NCBI RefSeq assembly: GCF_963921235.1
Contig: NC_086107.1
Location: forward strand, 103,976,001 to 104,040,000
Direction: 5' to 3'
Source of the DNA: Mobula hypostoma
Taxonomy: Eukaryota
Length of the DNA stretch: 64,000 nucleotides
A model generated the notes under the pieces. It worked only from the letters and a program-made list of their open reading frames with translations. It ran no database searches and had not been told where the DNA came from. Of the stretch, positions 62,290 to 64,000 are shown one piece after another; positions within the stretch are counted from its first letter, which is position 1; every line of letters starts with the position of its first letter. A program made the translations under genes and the position numbers.

Positions 62290-64000
62290 TTCCTTTACCT
62301 CCACCTTCCCCCAACTCTACATGGACTCTACCTTGCAGAGGCCAGATGGCAACTCTTGGACACTGCCTCTTACTTACCACTTAACCAGAACCCTACTGAG
62401 AAGCATCAGGCCACTGTCTCCCACCCCATCATCGACCTCATCACCTCTGGAGATCTCTCTGCAGCCTCCAACCTAATTGTTCCTCAGCCCTGCACTGCCT
62501 GTACTACCTCCTTCTCAAGATCCACAAACAAAATTGCCCCAGTAGGCCCATTGCTTCTACCTGCTGCTGCCCTAATCAAACTTGTGTCCTTGTATCTCCA
62601 GTCCATCTTGTGCCCTTGGTTCAGCCCCTTCCCACCTATATCCATGACACTTTCACCACTTCAACAACCTTCAGTTCCATGGCCGTGACCACCTCACTTT
62701 TACCATGGACATCCAGTCTCTGTACACTTCTGTCCCCTTTCCCCCCCTATCAGGAAGTTCGAAGGGCTCTGTTCTTTCTTGAAGACAAGCCCAACCAGTT
62801 TCCTCCACGAACACCCTCCTCTATCCAGCAACTTGCAGCTTGTCCTGCTTTCTCCAGACCCAAAGTGTAGTCATGGACACCTACATGGGACCATTTATGC
62901 CTGGCTTTTCCTTGGCTGTGTGGCACTGTCCATGTTCCAAACCTACATGAGGAATGCTCCCCAACTGTTGTCTGCTACATTGACGACTGCATTGGTACTA
63001 ATTTCTGCAGCCATGCTGAGCTCGTCAATTTCAGCAATCTCACTCGCAACTTCCTCCTACTTCACTCCATCCACCTCTGACATCTCTGTCCCTTTTCTTG
63101 ATCTCTGTCTTCATCTTGGGAGACAAATTATCTACTGACAAGCCCACTGACACCCACAGTTACCTCGACTACACACCTTCCTACCTTGTTGCCTGCAAAG
63201 ATGCACTTCCCTCTTCTCAGTTCCTCACCCGCATGATGAAACTTCGTACTCCAGGACATGCGAGATGTCCTCCTTAACCAGAAAACAGGGGCACCACCCC
63301 CCTTTCCCACTGTTATTGATGCAGTCCTCATCTGTATCCCTTATGCATCCAACATACAATTCTCCGCAACTTCTCCAATGGGATCGGAGCACCAATTTTC
63401 ACCTCCCTTCCACCCTCTGCTTTCCGCAGGGATCACTCTCTCTGCAATTTGTTCGTGCCTCCCCACCGATTCTCTCTCCAGAAACTTATCCCTGGAACCG
63501 TGCTCAGTATTACATCTGCCCCTACCCCTCCTCCCTCAGGACCCGAAACAGATGAGACACTTGAATCCTTTGGTGTTATTTACTCGTATCCCTTTTGCCG
63601 ATCAACTGTCCAGCTCTTGGCTCCAGCCCTCCCCCTTCTGTCTTCTCCTATCATTTCAGGTCTCCCCCCCCCCCTCCCATTTTCAAATCTCTTACTATCT
63701 CTTCTTTCAGTTAGTCCTGGCGAAGGGTCTTGGCCCTAAACGTCGACTGTACCTCTTCCTAGAGATGCTGCCTGGCCTGCTGCGTTCACCAGCAACTTTT
63801 ATGTGTGTTGTGTGTAATTTACTGTGTCAGGTGCTCCAAATGTGACCTGCTCTACATCGATGAGACCAGATTCTGATTGGTGGGGGGCGCTGGAAATCGG
63901 TTCATCGACCACTGAGACCTCCTGGTGACCAACCATTTTAATTGCACTTCCCATTCCCAGACTGACAGGCATTTCTAGGGCCTCCTCTGCTGCCACGTTG
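62290..64000 (+). mobile_element. Old decayed Penelope-like element with a younger Penelope terminus nested at about 63586-63810
   Basis: Frame-shifted RT (TACATTGACGAC = YIDD) and GIY-YIG remnants; degenerate hammerhead near 63713-63748. Confidence 0.75.

Overview
Eukaryotic, intron-rich vertebrate genomic DNA, not prokaryotic. The repeat content (abundant CR1, Penelope, Rex1/Babar and Tc1) suggests a cartilaginous fish such as a ray; this is inference. There are two host genes, both on the + strand. The first is a complete six-exon BAX(-like) apoptosis gene (CDS 8184-28487, 216 aa) with a CpG-island promoter. The second is the first two coding exons of a cytidine deaminase (CDA, 55202-57745); its remaining exons are not in the window. 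Most other sequence is decayed, often nested, mobile DNA, and nearly all ORFs in the track are TE fragments or noise. Most notable: (1) a Chapaev3-type DNA transposon just upstream of the BAX promoter carries five in-register p53 half-sites, two of them perfect, making it a candidate TE-donated p53 enhancer for a canonical p53 target; (2) a SINE-like insert in BAX intron 2 begins with a candidate HDV-like ribozyme; (3) there are two families of Penelope-associated hammerhead ribozymes, plus tiny fold-back Penelope-end insertions; (4) a locally duplicated non-TE unit has a conserved core resembling a promoter plus non-coding first exon, possibly for CDA. All calls were made by eye; TE boundaries without TSDs are approximate.
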